From the NCBI GenBank assembly GCA_023139105.1, contig JAGLOF010000089.1:1807-65806 (forward strand): a stretch of 64,000 nt of DNA, in the 5' to 3' direction. Below are positions 19,647 through 29,773 of the stretch, one piece after another (the first letter of the stretch is position 1; each line of letters opens with the position of its first letter). Source of the stretch: a bacterium (GTDB taxonomy: Bacteria; Zhuqueibacterota; QNDG01; JAGLOF01). The position numbers were made by a program, and so were the translations under genes. The notes beneath the pieces are model-generated. The model was not told the origin of the DNA. It ran no database searches and saw nothing but the letters and a program-made list of their open reading frames with translations.

Positions 19647-22523
19647 TTATTTCCACATGGGCAATTCGGTCTTGTCTTTCTTTTTATCAGATTTCTTCTC
19701 GGGCGTATAGGGCAGGCCTTTGTCAATCCATTCCGCAGCATCTTTGCCTTTGAGATAATGATCAAAATATTCTTTCAACCGTTTTTGAATATCTAACCTG
19801 TTGGCTTTCTTTCTTAGTCCATGTCCTTCACCTCTATAAGAAAGAAATACAACTGGTTTGTGGAGATAACGGAGGATACTGTAAAATCCGAATGAATGTT
19901 CCCATTTTACCACTTGATCCGTCGTACCGTGAAACAGCAGCAGAGGTGTATTCATATTCTGTGCCTGAAAGACCGCTGACTCAGATATAAACATCTCCGT
20001 ATCACTTACCGGATCAGTCCCAAGTCTTCCCTGGCCTATCATGTAATAGTCCTGCTCATTACTGCCATCCCGTACAATATCAATATTAAAGCCCTGCACC
20101 AGGTTACTGACACCGGCACCTGCAGCAATCGCGGCAAATCTGTTATCCTGGGTTGACATAAACATACCGCAATGGCCGCCGTAGCTAAAGCCCTCATATC
20201 CGATACATTTTTCATCAACATAGCCAAGTTCAATTACCTTCTCAATTGCAGCATCTATACATTCATGCATATCCGAATGCGGAGTTCCCACATTAAAATG
20301 AATGTCAGGACGCAGAACAAGATAACCGTCTGAAACATACATCATTTCGCATATACTCGCGCCTGAAAGGCGTGGTGTTGCATAACTGTACATACCTTGC
20401 GACATCTTCTCATATGAATAAACGAGCATTGGTAATTTCCGGCCCTTTTCATATTCATCAGGAATAGATAGAATTCCCTGCAACGGTACTCCGTCATCAT
20501 TGGTATAATCAATTAAAATGCGGTGTCCCCACTTGTAATTCTTCTGCTGGGGATTAGTATCGGTAATCTTCTTTGATTTTGAGAAACCGGTATCACTTAA
20601 ATAAGCCTCAGGATAATTTTGATAACTACCCATTTTGTATATAATGACATTAGATTTTTTCGCTTTAATCAATCCACTCCGCCATCTTGAAGCGGAATAA
20701 GAATCCGGTCCGTAGATAAGTTTACGTAATTTATAATCTTCCAAACTGAAATAACCGGCATATTTTGTCTTAATGTTAAATGCATATAAAATAATTGAGG
20801 ATGAAAGATCAATATACCTATCCTCTATTTCAGGTTTTCCAGTGAAGCTTAAATCATCAAAACGGAAACGTATTGAGTCCTTTGAAGTAATTGATTGAGT
20901 AAGATTCGTAGGTCTTGAGTTTTTATTCAGGGGCAGCAACCATAGATCAAGTTTATGATTTACTATCACTGCTTGTTGATTTTTTACCCAGCCAACAAAA
21001 CCATAAGACGGCTTATGGCCCCAATGGTCATCTTCTTTATTAATGAAAGATACATTGAGACCGGATGTAAGGTTATAGCTTTTATCATCCTTAAAATTAT
21101 AAGACCAGTAATGACCATCTTTCCACAGTATTAAGAATTCTCCATCCGGAGAGATCTCTGCTACACGGCCGCTGTACTTCTTTTCAATAAGTTTTTTCTT
21201 ACCTGTTGACAGGTCTACCTTGTACAGGTCATTTTTTCTGACATCCCAGTCTGATACATATTCCCTGTCATCCATTCCAACAGCCCATTTATCTGTCCCC
21301 TCAGAGAGCGTCAGACGCTGCATTTCCTTACTGGTCAGCCGGATTATCTTTTTTGATTTACGTAAAAATATGGCATCATAGGTTTCATTTTTCTTTCTCT
21401 TCTCTTCTAACATCTTCTGGGACAGAAGTTTTTTATCCTTCCAGTGCCAAACATTGACTGTAGGCTCTTCTTTATCTTTTTTGCCGTCTTTCAAATCCTT
21501 TTTTTCTTCAGAATCATATTTTTTAATCTTGATATGTAGCCGTTTATCATCATGGCTCCATACAATTTCATTGGAATATCGGGCAAATTTTACAGCAGGG
21601 CCCATATTCTCCGGCATTCCTTCAAAATCTTTTACCTGTAAATCAAATAACTTGGATTTATCCGAATCAACTCCTGATATAACAATAATACTCATATTCT
21701 CAAAATCAATTTTATCCTTAACTTTTTCATACTTATATGCAGCCAAAGCATTTTTATCTCTGTTCCATGAAAGATTTGAAAAAATGAAATTTCCGGTATG
21801 CAGGGCACGGGTTATCCTGTCTGCCGGATGATAGAGGTAGATACCGTTCCCTCTTTTATCTTCTGAAGATATTGTGTAGGCAATGTACTCGGAATCTTTA
21901 TCAATTAAAAACTCTCCGATATTTCCGATATAATGTTCACGTAGATTATCCAGATCGTAAATGAGAAGACTCTTTTCATCGCTGGTGATGAAATAATTGG
22001 CATCTTCAGCAAATTGAAATTCAGCATTGGATTTATACTGCCTTGTTACACCTGTTTTTAAATTTTTCAATTCAATGGTTTTTGTAGCGTCTTTCTTCTT
22101 CTCGGCATCTTTATTCTTCTCTTTATCCGAATCAGATTCTATATTATATGCAATCCAGCCTGATGCAGATGAGAATTTCGGATTCTTTCCATCCGGAATC
22201 TGATATTTCGCTCCATTTTTTGCATGACAGATATAAAGAACATCTGTTTTAAAATCTTCTCCGTATAAATCCGTAGAAGTATTACTGGAATCACTTTTTT
22301 GAGCGGTTGTATCTTTTCCTGCTTCAGGCTTTTCAGTCAAAGAATATAGAACGGTATACCACATACCATCATCAGACAGAGTAATTGAATGATGCCTCCA
22401 CTTTTTCACATCTTCTATAGTAATTGTTTTGGGGGATGATTGAGCATACAGGTAATGTGTTCCTGCAAAAATTAATGGAATTAACATAAAGGTCGATAAG
22501 AAACGGTTCTTAAAGCTTTTCAT
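19647..22523 (-). CDS. Secreted S9-family serine peptidase (beta-propeller + prolyl-oligopeptidase/DPP-like catalytic domain)
   Basis: Signal peptide. Nucleophile motif GFSYGG. C-terminal D/H region (LLFHGTTDQVV...GEGHG). Confidence 0.85.
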   Translation of the reverse strand: MKSFKNRFLSTFMLIPLIFAGTHYLYAQSSPKTITIEDVKKWRHHSITLSDDGMWYTVLYSLTEKPEAGKDTTAQKSDSSNTSTDLYGEDFKTDVLYICHAKNGAKYQIPDGKNPKFSSASGWIAYNIESDSDKEKNKDAEKKKDATKTIELKNLKTGVTRQYKSNAEFQFAEDANYFITSDEKSLLIYDLDNLREHYIGNIGEFLIDKDSEYIAYTISSEDKRGNGIYLYHPADRITRALHTGNFIFSNLSWNRDKNALAAYKYEKVKDKIDFENMSIIVISGVDSDKSKLFDLQVKDFEGMPENMGPAVKFARYSNEIVWSHDDKRLHIKIKKYDSEEKKDLKDGKKDKEEPTVNVWHWKDKKLLSQKMLEEKRKKNETYDAIFLRKSKKIIRLTSKEMQRLTLSEGTDKWAVGMDDREYVSDWDVRKNDLYKVDLSTGKKKLIEKKYSGRVAEISPDGEFLILWKDGHYWSYNFKDDKSYNLTSGLNVSFINKEDDHWGHKPSYGFVGWVKNQQAVIVNHKLDLWLLPLNKNSRPTNLTQSITSKDSIRFRFDDLSFTGKPEIEDRYIDLSSSIILYAFNIKTKYAGYFSLEDYKLRKLIYGPDSYSASRWRSGLIKAKKSNVIIYKMGSYQNYPEAYLSDTGFSKSKKITDTNPQQKNYKWGHRILIDYTNDDGVPLQGILSIPDEYEKGRKLPMLVYSYEKMSQGMYSYATPRLSGASICEMMYVSDGYLVLRPDIHFNVGTPHSDMHECIDAAIEKVIELGYVDEKCIGYEGFSYGGHCGMFMSTQDNRFAAIAAGAGVSNLVQGFNIDIVRDGSNEQDYYMIGQGRLGTDPVSDTEMFISESAVFQAQNMNTPLLLFHGTTDQVVKWEHSFGFYSILRYLHKPVVFLSYRGEGHGLRKKANRLDIQKRLKEYFDHYLKGKDAAEWIDKGLPYTPEKKSDKKKDKTELPMWK

Positions 22524-22546
22524 CTTCAGGGTCCTTTCAGGTTCTT

Positions 22547-23098
22547 TTATTTAAATAAATCAACACCAGGTAGAAAAGTTGCAGTAATATTATACGGTTT
22601 AATTGGACTATTTCCTAAAGAGATCTTTTTGATGAAATCAATAACTTCTTTTGTGTTCACTCCCCCGGACACGAGTTCCTGGAAATTGGCCTTGGATTCA
22701 ATTGCCTTTTTCACTTTACCTGAAATCTCCGTATCACCCAACATTATAGAGCCTACCAGATACCCATCATGGAATGTAAAACTGAAGTATGCATTTTCAT
22801 CCTTATTGGAAATTGTCATAAAACTGCCATCTTCAGCCATAAATTGGCCAATTGAGACCATATCTAATCCCAATACTTTCAAAGTATTTGAACGGGGAAT
22901 ACCGCCAAATTTAACATCTTTTCCAATTGAGTTTAAACCGGCAATAGTACCTTGAAACTGGGCCGCATGCCATGAACCATAGAGATAGCCATTATGTTCG
23001 GCAATATCGCCGGCTGCAAATATCGCTTCATGAGATGTTTGTAGTCTGTCATCAACTACAACTCCTTTATCAACAAGATGATTAGTACAAAAAATCAT
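22547..23098 (-). pseudogene. N-terminally truncated pyridine-nucleotide-disulfide oxidoreductase (rubredoxin/NADH-oxidoreductase-like) remnant
   Basis: Only the C-terminal region (second FAD motif FAAGDIAE + dimerisation domain) is encoded. About 200 aa of the N-terminal FAD/NAD-binding domain are missing; the upstream 88 bp runs straight into the aldehyde dehydrogenase stop. Confidence 0.6.
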
Positions 23099-23185
23099 TC
23101 AAATTTTTTACAATATAAATGGCAGTACGGAACGCAACCATGTTGCATGTAATAATCCTGATGATAAGTTTCCGCTTCATAAAAT

Positions 23186-24550
23186 TCATTTTACAAAAAC
23201 AGTCTTTATATTCACAAACTCTCTTATTCCATAAGAAGATAATTCTCTGCCGTAACCACTCTCCTTGATACCACCGAAAGGCAGGCGTGGATCAGATTTC
23301 ACAAAGGTATTTACAAAACAACTTCCTGCTTCAATTTCATTTGCTGCAATCCTTTCCCCCTTTGCAATATCTTCAGTAAAAACAGCTGCTCCCAAACCAA
23401 AAATGGAATCATTGGCAACCTTGATTGCCTCTGCCTCATCTCTTACGGGAATGATTGATGCAACCGGTCCGAAAAGTTCTTCATTGTAAGCCGGCATGCC
23501 ATCCTGCACATCTGTCAAAACAGTGGCAGGATAAAAGGCTCCAGGCATATCGGGAATTTTGCCGCCCAACAAACAATTAGCGCCCTTATCAATGCTTGAA
23601 CTAACCTGCTGATGCAGTTCATCTCTCAAATCAAAACGAGCCTGCGGACCGATATCTGTTGTTTCATCCATGGGATCACCCATTTTACGGGCACGCATTT
23701 CTTCCGTGAATAACGATTCAAATTTATCTTTGATCGATTCTACGACAATGAATCTCTTTGCAGCAATACAACTCTGCCCTGAATTTATTAATCTACTGGT
23801 CACACAGGCGGCCACAGCGTTTTTCAAATTTGCATCTTCGAGAATGATATAGGGATCACTTCCACCCAATTCCAAAACCGTAGGTTTAAGCATTTCACCT
23901 GCTTTACTCGACACAGCCTTGCCTGCCGGAGTGCTACCGGTAAGAGTGACTGCCTTTATTAAAGGATTTTCAATAACCGAATCCACCTGCTTACTGCCAA
24001 TGAGTAAAGTCCTGAAAATATTTTTAGGAAAACCAGCTTCCCTGAATATCTCTTCAAGAACTAAAGCAGATCCGGGCACATTTGAGGCATGTTTCAATAC
24101 ACCAGCGTTGCCGGCCATTAATGCAGGAGCAGCAAACCGGATAACCTGCCAGAAAGGAAAATTCCATGGCATTACCGCCAGTACTACTCCTAAAGGTTTA
24201 AAAGTGACATAACTTTTGGTAGCATCGGTTTCAATTATTTCAGGTGAAAGAAAGCCTTCTGCCTTCTCAGCATAAAAATCACATAACCAGGCACACTTCT
24301 CTACTTCACTCCTTCCACCTTTTATAGGTTTGCCCATTTCCTCAGCCATCATTACAGCGTACCTTTCGGAATTATCTCGAAGATAAGTGGCAGCATTTTT
24401 CATTAATCCTGCCCGTTGGGGAAATTCGACAGATCGCCATTCTTCAAATGCCTGCTGAGATTGTTCGATTATTTCCATAACTTCTTCCGGAGATGTTTGT
24501 GTATATGTTCTGATCATTTCACCATTTGCAGGATTAATTACTTTTATCAT
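23186..24550 (-). CDS. NAD(P)+ aldehyde dehydrogenase (succinate-semialdehyde dehydrogenase-like)
   Basis: ALDH family motifs LELGGSDP, catalytic Cys SGQSCIAAKRF and EELFGPV. Confidence 0.9.
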   Translation of the reverse strand: MIKVINPANGEMIRTYTQTSPEEVMEIIEQSQQAFEEWRSVEFPQRAGLMKNAATYLRDNSERYAVMMAEEMGKPIKGGRSEVEKCAWLCDFYAEKAEGFLSPEIIETDATKSYVTFKPLGVVLAVMPWNFPFWQVIRFAAPALMAGNAGVLKHASNVPGSALVLEEIFREAGFPKNIFRTLLIGSKQVDSVIENPLIKAVTLTGSTPAGKAVSSKAGEMLKPTVLELGGSDPYIILEDANLKNAVAACVTSRLINSGQSCIAAKRFIVVESIKDKFESLFTEEMRARKMGDPMDETTDIGPQARFDLRDELHQQVSSSIDKGANCLLGGKIPDMPGAFYPATVLTDVQDGMPAYNEELFGPVASIIPVRDEAEAIKVANDSIFGLGAAVFTEDIAKGERIAANEIEAGSCFVNTFVKSDPRLPFGGIKESGYGRELSSYGIREFVNIKTVFVK

Positions 24551-24697
24551 GATTTGTTCTCCGGATATTTACTATTTTTAACTAATTAATCAAAATTCCT
24601 TTAAATTAAAGATAGCGAATTTACAATCTACATTCAACCTTTTTGCCATTTCCAGGTATTCTATGGAGTAATAATCTAGTACCTACATGTTGTATTT

Positions 24698-24723
24698 ATC
24701 TGCGATAATCTGCGTTATCTGCG
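24698..24723. repeat. Three tandem direct repeats of ATCTGCG (24698-24704, 24708-24714, 24717-24723) in the aldh/tetR divergent region
   Basis: Repeat starts are 10 and 9 bp apart (ttATCTGCGataATCTGCGttATCTGCGg). Confidence 0.5.
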
Positions 24724-24775
24724 GATTTATAATTTCATACAATTGCAAGAAGAGCCTATTTTTTCCAAAAAAAGC

Positions 24776-24803
24776 TTGACTTATCCATGTAACTTTTTAT
24801 ATT
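24776..24803 (+). promoter_or_regulatory. Sigma70-like promoter of tetR: -35 TTGACT (24776-24781), 16 bp spacer, -10 TATATT (24798-24803)
   Basis: Read directly from the sequence, about 40 bp upstream of the tetR ATG at 24843. Confidence 0.6.
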
Positions 24804-24824
24804 TACATACGTACTTGTATGTAA
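24803..24824. promoter_or_regulatory. TetR operator O1: inverted repeat TTACATAC-gtactt-GTATGTAA overlapping -10/+1 of the tetR promoter
   Basis: Perfect 8-bp arms with a 6-bp spacer, directly upstream of the TetR-family gene. Confidence 0.65.
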
Positions 24825-24842
24825 GTAAAACAAGGAAAAGCA

Positions 24843-25445
24843 ATGAGACGTACTAAAGATGAAGCTGAAAAAACACGACAACTCCTTCTGGAAACAGCAG
24901 AAAGTGTCTTTGGGAAACAAGGATTTGCTGCTACACGTTTGTCTGATATAGCTCATGCAGCCGGCGTTACACGTGGGGCTATTTATCATCACTTTGGCAA
25001 TAAGATGGAGTTATTTGTAGCTCTTCATAAAGAGCGGGTTGATCCTTATTTCCAATTAGTATCAAAAATATTCGCCATGGAGCTGCCTCCCCGCGTCAAA
25101 CTCAGGAATATGCTGACCGCATTTCTTGAAAGAGCCATATCTGACATTAATTTTGTCCAGCGTCAACGTCTTGGAATTTTTAGAGGTATCGAAGTTGAAC
25201 AATGCGAAGAAGTATATAAATACATGTCAGAACGAGGTGAGAAATTTTACCTTACCCTTGTTGAACTACTAACTGCAGGACAGGAACAGGGAGATATCCG
25301 GAAAGATATTAAACCTGAATTGGCAGCCATTAATGTACTCGCATATATCAAAGGCCTTGTCTCAATTCTCACTATGGAAAAAGATCTGGATATGATTCAT
25401 GATCACAAAGAAGAGATGATCGAAAATTTTCTAAATGGATTTTGA
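24843..25445 (+). CDS. TetR/AcrR-family transcriptional repressor
   Basis: N-terminal HTH TRLSDIAHAAGVTRGAIYHHFGNK. Confidence 0.92.
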   Translation: MRRTKDEAEKTRQLLLETAESVFGKQGFAATRLSDIAHAAGVTRGAIYHHFGNKMELFVALHKERVDPYFQLVSKIFAMELPPRVKLRNMLTAFLERAISDINFVQRQRLGIFRGIEVEQCEEVYKYMSERGEKFYLTLVELLTAGQEQGDIRKDIKPELAAINVLAYIKGLVSILTMEKDLDMIHDHKEEMIENFLNGF

Positions 25446-25511
25446 TCTTTCTCTGTAAGCATACATAAAAATCATGAAAACTCAAAACAACATAATATAT
25501 ATTTTATCATT

Positions 25512-25533
25512 TTACATACATTTAAGTATGTTT
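25512..25533. promoter_or_regulatory. TetR operator O2 upstream of the efflux operon: TTACATAC-atttaa-GTATGTtt
   Basis: Same half-site as O1, with 2 mismatches at the 3' end of the right arm. Lies 35 bp upstream of the MFP start (SD GGAGGG at 25556-25561). Confidence 0.55.
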
Positions 25534-25567
25534 GTAAAAAAGATCGTTTTCAAATAGGAGGGTAACA

Positions 25568-26611
25568 ATGCAGCACAAATCAATTCTCAAATTAATAGGT
25601 CTGATACCATTAGTACTTTTCATACAAAGCTGCAGCCGCAGTGATGCCGAATCAAAGAGCATGGAACAGATACATAAAGCTGAAGGAGTTCCTGTGCGCA
25701 TTGAACAGGTTCAGGAGTCCAGCTTCTCCTCTGTGCATTCAGCTTATTCGGTTCTTACGGGAATTCAGGAATCTACTGCATATGCCTCTCTGGCTGATAA
25801 GATTGATTCCATCACGCAAGTCGTTGGAGATAAAGTCACAAAGGACCAGACTGTAATTACATTTCCGGCTGACAATCCTGCCGCTCAGTACATGCAGGCC
25901 AAAATTGCATATGAACATGCAGAGACAACGTTGAACAGGATGACTACACTGTATGAATCCGGCGGTATCTCGAAACAGGAATTGGACAATATCAATACAC
26001 AATTTAAAGTAACAGAGGCCAATTGGGACGCAGTTCAACAAATGATCCTTGTTCGTGCACCTATTAGCGGAACTATTACAAGAATTGCTGTTCAGGAATC
26101 AGATAATGTAAATCCCGGCGATGCTTTATTCACAGTTGCTCAAACAGAACGACTTAAAACACAACTCTGGATCACTGAGAATCAGATAAATGAGATAAAA
26201 AAAGGTGATATTGCTCAGGCTATCTGGCGTCATGTGACCCTGACAGGTCGTGTTACTCAAGTGGATCTCTCTCTTAATAGTGAGATGCAGGCTTTCGGTG
26301 TGCAGGTTGAATTTGCCAACAAGACACATAAGCTTCGTTCCGGCATTAATGCAGAAATTAGAATCCTGTCCGGTAATAATCAAAATAAATCGATAATAAT
26401 TGCAAGAAAAGACATCATTACTCAGGGCGGACATCAGTATGTCTTTATTGATAAGCAGGGTACAGCTCAAAAGGTTCAAGTTCAAACCGGTCGAGGAAAA
26501 GGACTGGATATTGAAATTACAAAAGGCCTTAAAATTGGCGACCGGCTGATAACTGAAGGAGTAATGCTTCTTAAAGATGGCGTCAAAATTCGCATTACCG
26601 ATGCTCAATAA
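25568..26611 (+). CDS. RND efflux periplasmic adaptor (membrane fusion protein, HlyD/AcrA family), lipoprotein
   Basis: Lipobox LVLFIQSC. Biotinyl-lipoyl, beta-barrel and MP-domain pattern. Strong SD. Confidence 0.88.
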   Translation: MQHKSILKLIGLIPLVLFIQSCSRSDAESKSMEQIHKAEGVPVRIEQVQESSFSSVHSAYSVLTGIQESTAYASLADKIDSITQVVGDKVTKDQTVITFPADNPAAQYMQAKIAYEHAETTLNRMTTLYESGGISKQELDNINTQFKVTEANWDAVQQMILVRAPISGTITRIAVQESDNVNPGDALFTVAQTERLKTQLWITENQINEIKKGDIAQAIWRHVTLTGRVTQVDLSLNSEMQAFGVQVEFANKTHKLRSGINAEIRILSGNNQNKSIIIARKDIITQGGHQYVFIDKQGTAQKVQVQTGRGKGLDIEITKGLKIGDRLITEGVMLLKDGVKIRITDAQ

Positions 26612-26642
26612 TAATAGATAGTAGTTTGACTGAGGAATTATA

Positions 26643-29600
26643 ATGTTTTTATCTGATTTATCTATAAAAAGACCCGTCATGATCTCCATGGTGCTTCTGG
26701 TCTTTGTACTCTTTGGAGGCCTGGCATACATTGGCCTCAATCTTGAGCTTATGCCAGAGATCAAGCTCCCAATGGTAACTGTGCAGACCATCTACCCGGG
26801 TGCTTCACCTAAAGAAATTGAGACACAGATCACAAAAAAACTGGAAGATGCAGTCTCCCCCATTGCTAAAATCGATAAAGTAAATTCATTTTCCATGGAA
26901 AGTGTTTCTTTTGTCTTTATTAGTTTTGATCTGGACAAGGATGTATACACGGCTCTGCAGGAGGTGAAAGATAAAGTTGACGGTGTGCTCAATTCGATGC
27001 CTGATGATGCAGAACGCCCATTGGTTCAACGTTTTGATATCACTGAAGAGTCTGTAGTTGACATTGTATTATCCGGTAATCAATCAGTGACGGAGTTGTA
27101 TGAATTAGCTGACAAAGTCCTTTCTGACCGGTTGGCCCAGATTGATGGAGTTGCCAATGTGACACTGTCAGGCGGTCAGGAGCGTGAAATACACATTGAA
27201 TTGAATAATCGAACAGTCTTCCAGAATAAAATCTCCATAGCCCAATTGGCCGGTATTTTAAAAGCCCAGAACATGAACATGCCCGGCGGCCATTTTCAAC
27301 GCCGTTCTCAGGAATTCTCAGTCCGGCTTGATGGTGAATTTGAAGATATAAATAGTATAAAAAAACTGCAAATCCCCACTGCATATGGGTTAAAAAACCT
27401 GGGCGATATTGCCAATATCACCGATACAGGTGCTGAAGTCCGTGAACGTACCAGTTTTTTCAACAACGTGACAGACGATCGTAAAGATGGTGTTATTGTG
27501 TTGAGTTTGATGAAAACATCTGATGGCAATGCCGTCCATATTGCAAGAGAACTGGCTAAAGCATTACCTGAAATCAGTGCATCACTCCCTCAGGGCGTCA
27601 CACTTGAAGTTGTAAGAGACAATTCCACATTTATTGAAGCCACTGTAAAAGATACGTTGAGTAATATCTTGATGGGCATTTTGTTGACAGCCGGAGTTTT
27701 ACTGTTTTTCCTGCATGATTATAAATCAACATTGATAGCCGGTTTGTCTATGCCTCTGTCCATTCTTGGCACATTCTTTTTTATCAAACTTTCAGGTTAT
27801 ACTCTCAATATAATGACCCTTATGGGACTTTCAACAGCTGTTGGTGTGCTGGTAACCAATTCCGTTGTGGTTCTTGAGAATATCTTTCGTCATAAAGAGA
27901 TGGGGCACTCAAATCGTGAAGCTGCCTCTAAAGGCACATCAGAAATTGTTGTTGCAGTGATTGCCTCGGGCATGACTAATATTGCAGTATTTTTACCAAT
28001 CGCAAATATGTCCAGTATTATCGGGCAGTTCTTTGAACAATTTGCAATGACTGTAGTATTTGCCACAATATTCTCATTAGTGATGTCATTCACACTGACG
28101 CCCATGATGGCTTCCCGTATCCTGCCAGAACATGATAAGAAAAAACATCCCATCGGCACAAAACTGGAAGCTATGTTCCGTATGTGGGAAAAGACCTACA
28201 AACGCTGGCTTACATTAATCCTTAAAACCAAGTTGCGTGGTGTAGGCGTAATACTGGCCGCACTAATATTGCTTGGCCTAAGTTTCATCCCGGCATTGCA
28301 AGTAGGGTTTGACTTTATACCCAAAACCGATGAAGGAGATATCAAACTGCAGGTGGAGCTGCCTGTTGGTTACAGGCTGGAAGAGACTGCCATCTTGGTT
28401 TCAACTATTGAATCACGGATTCGTGAACATGCTGAAGTCAAACATATGCTTACATCGCTTGGTAAATTTGATGAAACCACCAAGGGTACTGAATTGGCTT
28501 TCATGCAGATCAAACTGGTGGATGCATCAAACAGAACACTGTCCACTGATGAAATGGTATCCCGTATAATAAAAGATTGCAGCGATATTCCCAATGCTAT
28601 GATTCGTGTATCCGCAACGTCCAATAGCGGCGGTGGACAAGATCCTATTGAACTCTCAATTCTTGGGCAAGACATGGATGTTTTGGAGGATGTACAACAT
28701 CTGATTATGGATAGAATCAGTGATGTCCCCGGTTTAATCAATCTAAATACAACATTCCGCTCCGGAAAACCTGAACTCACCATCAAGCCTGACAGGGATA
28801 AGCTGGCCAAAGCAGGTCTCACTATGGCGGATGTAGCGTTCGCCCTTCGCGGTGCCATGGAAGGTCTGGTCAATACCCGTTATCGGGATCAAGGCGAGGA
28901 GTATGACATACGCGTTGCCATGACTGATGAGACTGTAGACAGTCCTGATAAAGTAGGTTTAATTCCTGTAGTGGGATTCGATGAGACTTACCAGATCAGG
29001 CAGCTTGGACAAGTAGTTTTTACCAAGGGTACAAGTAGAATTCTTCATAAGAATAAAATGAAGGAAATCAAATTTACGGGCGGCGTTGCTCCAGGTCATG
29101 TACTGGGTAATATTCAAACTGCCATTGATGCCAGAATAGCTGAAATTGACTTGCCGCAGGATGTGACTATAGAATGGGGTGGTAATGTTGAAATGATGCA
29201 GGATGCCAACCGTGATATGGGCCAAACCTTTCTGTTGGCAATCCTTCTCACCTATATGCTGCTGGCCGCTATTTTAGAAAGTCTAACCCAGCCTTTACTA
29301 ATTCTTGGAACCGTCCCGTTGGCTTTGATTGGCGTCTTTGTTGGCCTTTTTGCCACAGGTCTTTCTATGAACATCATCTCTATGATGGCAATCATCATGC
29401 TGGTTGGTATTGTTGTAAATAATGCTATATTGATGCTTGATTATACAAACTCATTAGTACGTGATAAGGGTTATAAGATCTCCGATGCCCTGATTGAAGC
29501 CTGTCCGACAAAGTTGAAACCCATATTAATGTCCTCTATTGCCATTATGCTCAGTATGATGCCAATGGCCATGGGTATGGGAGCAGCCGGACGTGAAATC

Positions 29601-29723
29601 CGTCAACCTATGGGTGTTGTTGCAATTGGCGGTCTGGTGACCTCCACTATACTTACACTTTTCGTAATTCCTGCATTGGTTACTGTAACCACACGCACCC
29701 GGAAAGTTAAAAATACTAAATAA
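26643..29723 (+). CDS. RND efflux permease (AcrB/HAE1 family), 1026 aa
   Basis: 12-TM topology with two large periplasmic loops; conserved AcrB-like segments. Confidence 0.92.
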   Translation: MFLSDLSIKRPVMISMVLLVFVLFGGLAYIGLNLELMPEIKLPMVTVQTIYPGASPKEIETQITKKLEDAVSPIAKIDKVNSFSMESVSFVFISFDLDKDVYTALQEVKDKVDGVLNSMPDDAERPLVQRFDITEESVVDIVLSGNQSVTELYELADKVLSDRLAQIDGVANVTLSGGQEREIHIELNNRTVFQNKISIAQLAGILKAQNMNMPGGHFQRRSQEFSVRLDGEFEDINSIKKLQIPTAYGLKNLGDIANITDTGAEVRERTSFFNNVTDDRKDGVIVLSLMKTSDGNAVHIARELAKALPEISASLPQGVTLEVVRDNSTFIEATVKDTLSNILMGILLTAGVLLFFLHDYKSTLIAGLSMPLSILGTFFFIKLSGYTLNIMTLMGLSTAVGVLVTNSVVVLENIFRHKEMGHSNREAASKGTSEIVVAVIASGMTNIAVFLPIANMSSIIGQFFEQFAMTVVFATIFSLVMSFTLTPMMASRILPEHDKKKHPIGTKLEAMFRMWEKTYKRWLTLILKTKLRGVGVILAALILLGLSFIPALQVGFDFIPKTDEGDIKLQVELPVGYRLEETAILVSTIESRIREHAEVKHMLTSLGKFDETTKGTELAFMQIKLVDASNRTLSTDEMVSRIIKDCSDIPNAMIRVSATSNSGGGQDPIELSILGQDMDVLEDVQHLIMDRISDVPGLINLNTTFRSGKPELTIKPDRDKLAKAGLTMADVAFALRGAMEGLVNTRYRDQGEEYDIRVAMTDETVDSPDKVGLIPVVGFDETYQIRQLGQVVFTKGTSRILHKNKMKEIKFTGGVAPGHVLGNIQTAIDARIAEIDLPQDVTIEWGGNVEMMQDANRDMGQTFLLAILLTYMLLAAILESLTQPLLILGTVPLALIGVFVGLFATGLSMNIISMMAIIMLVGIVVNNAILMLDYTNSLVRDKGYKISDALIEACPTKLKPILMSSIAIMLSMMPMAMGMGAAGREIRQPMGVVAIGGLVTSTILTLFVIPALVTVTTRTRKVKNTK

Positions 29724-29773
29724 GATAATTGCCCGTAGAAAAAAATTATACCTGGGCAATCAGGAGCTTATCA

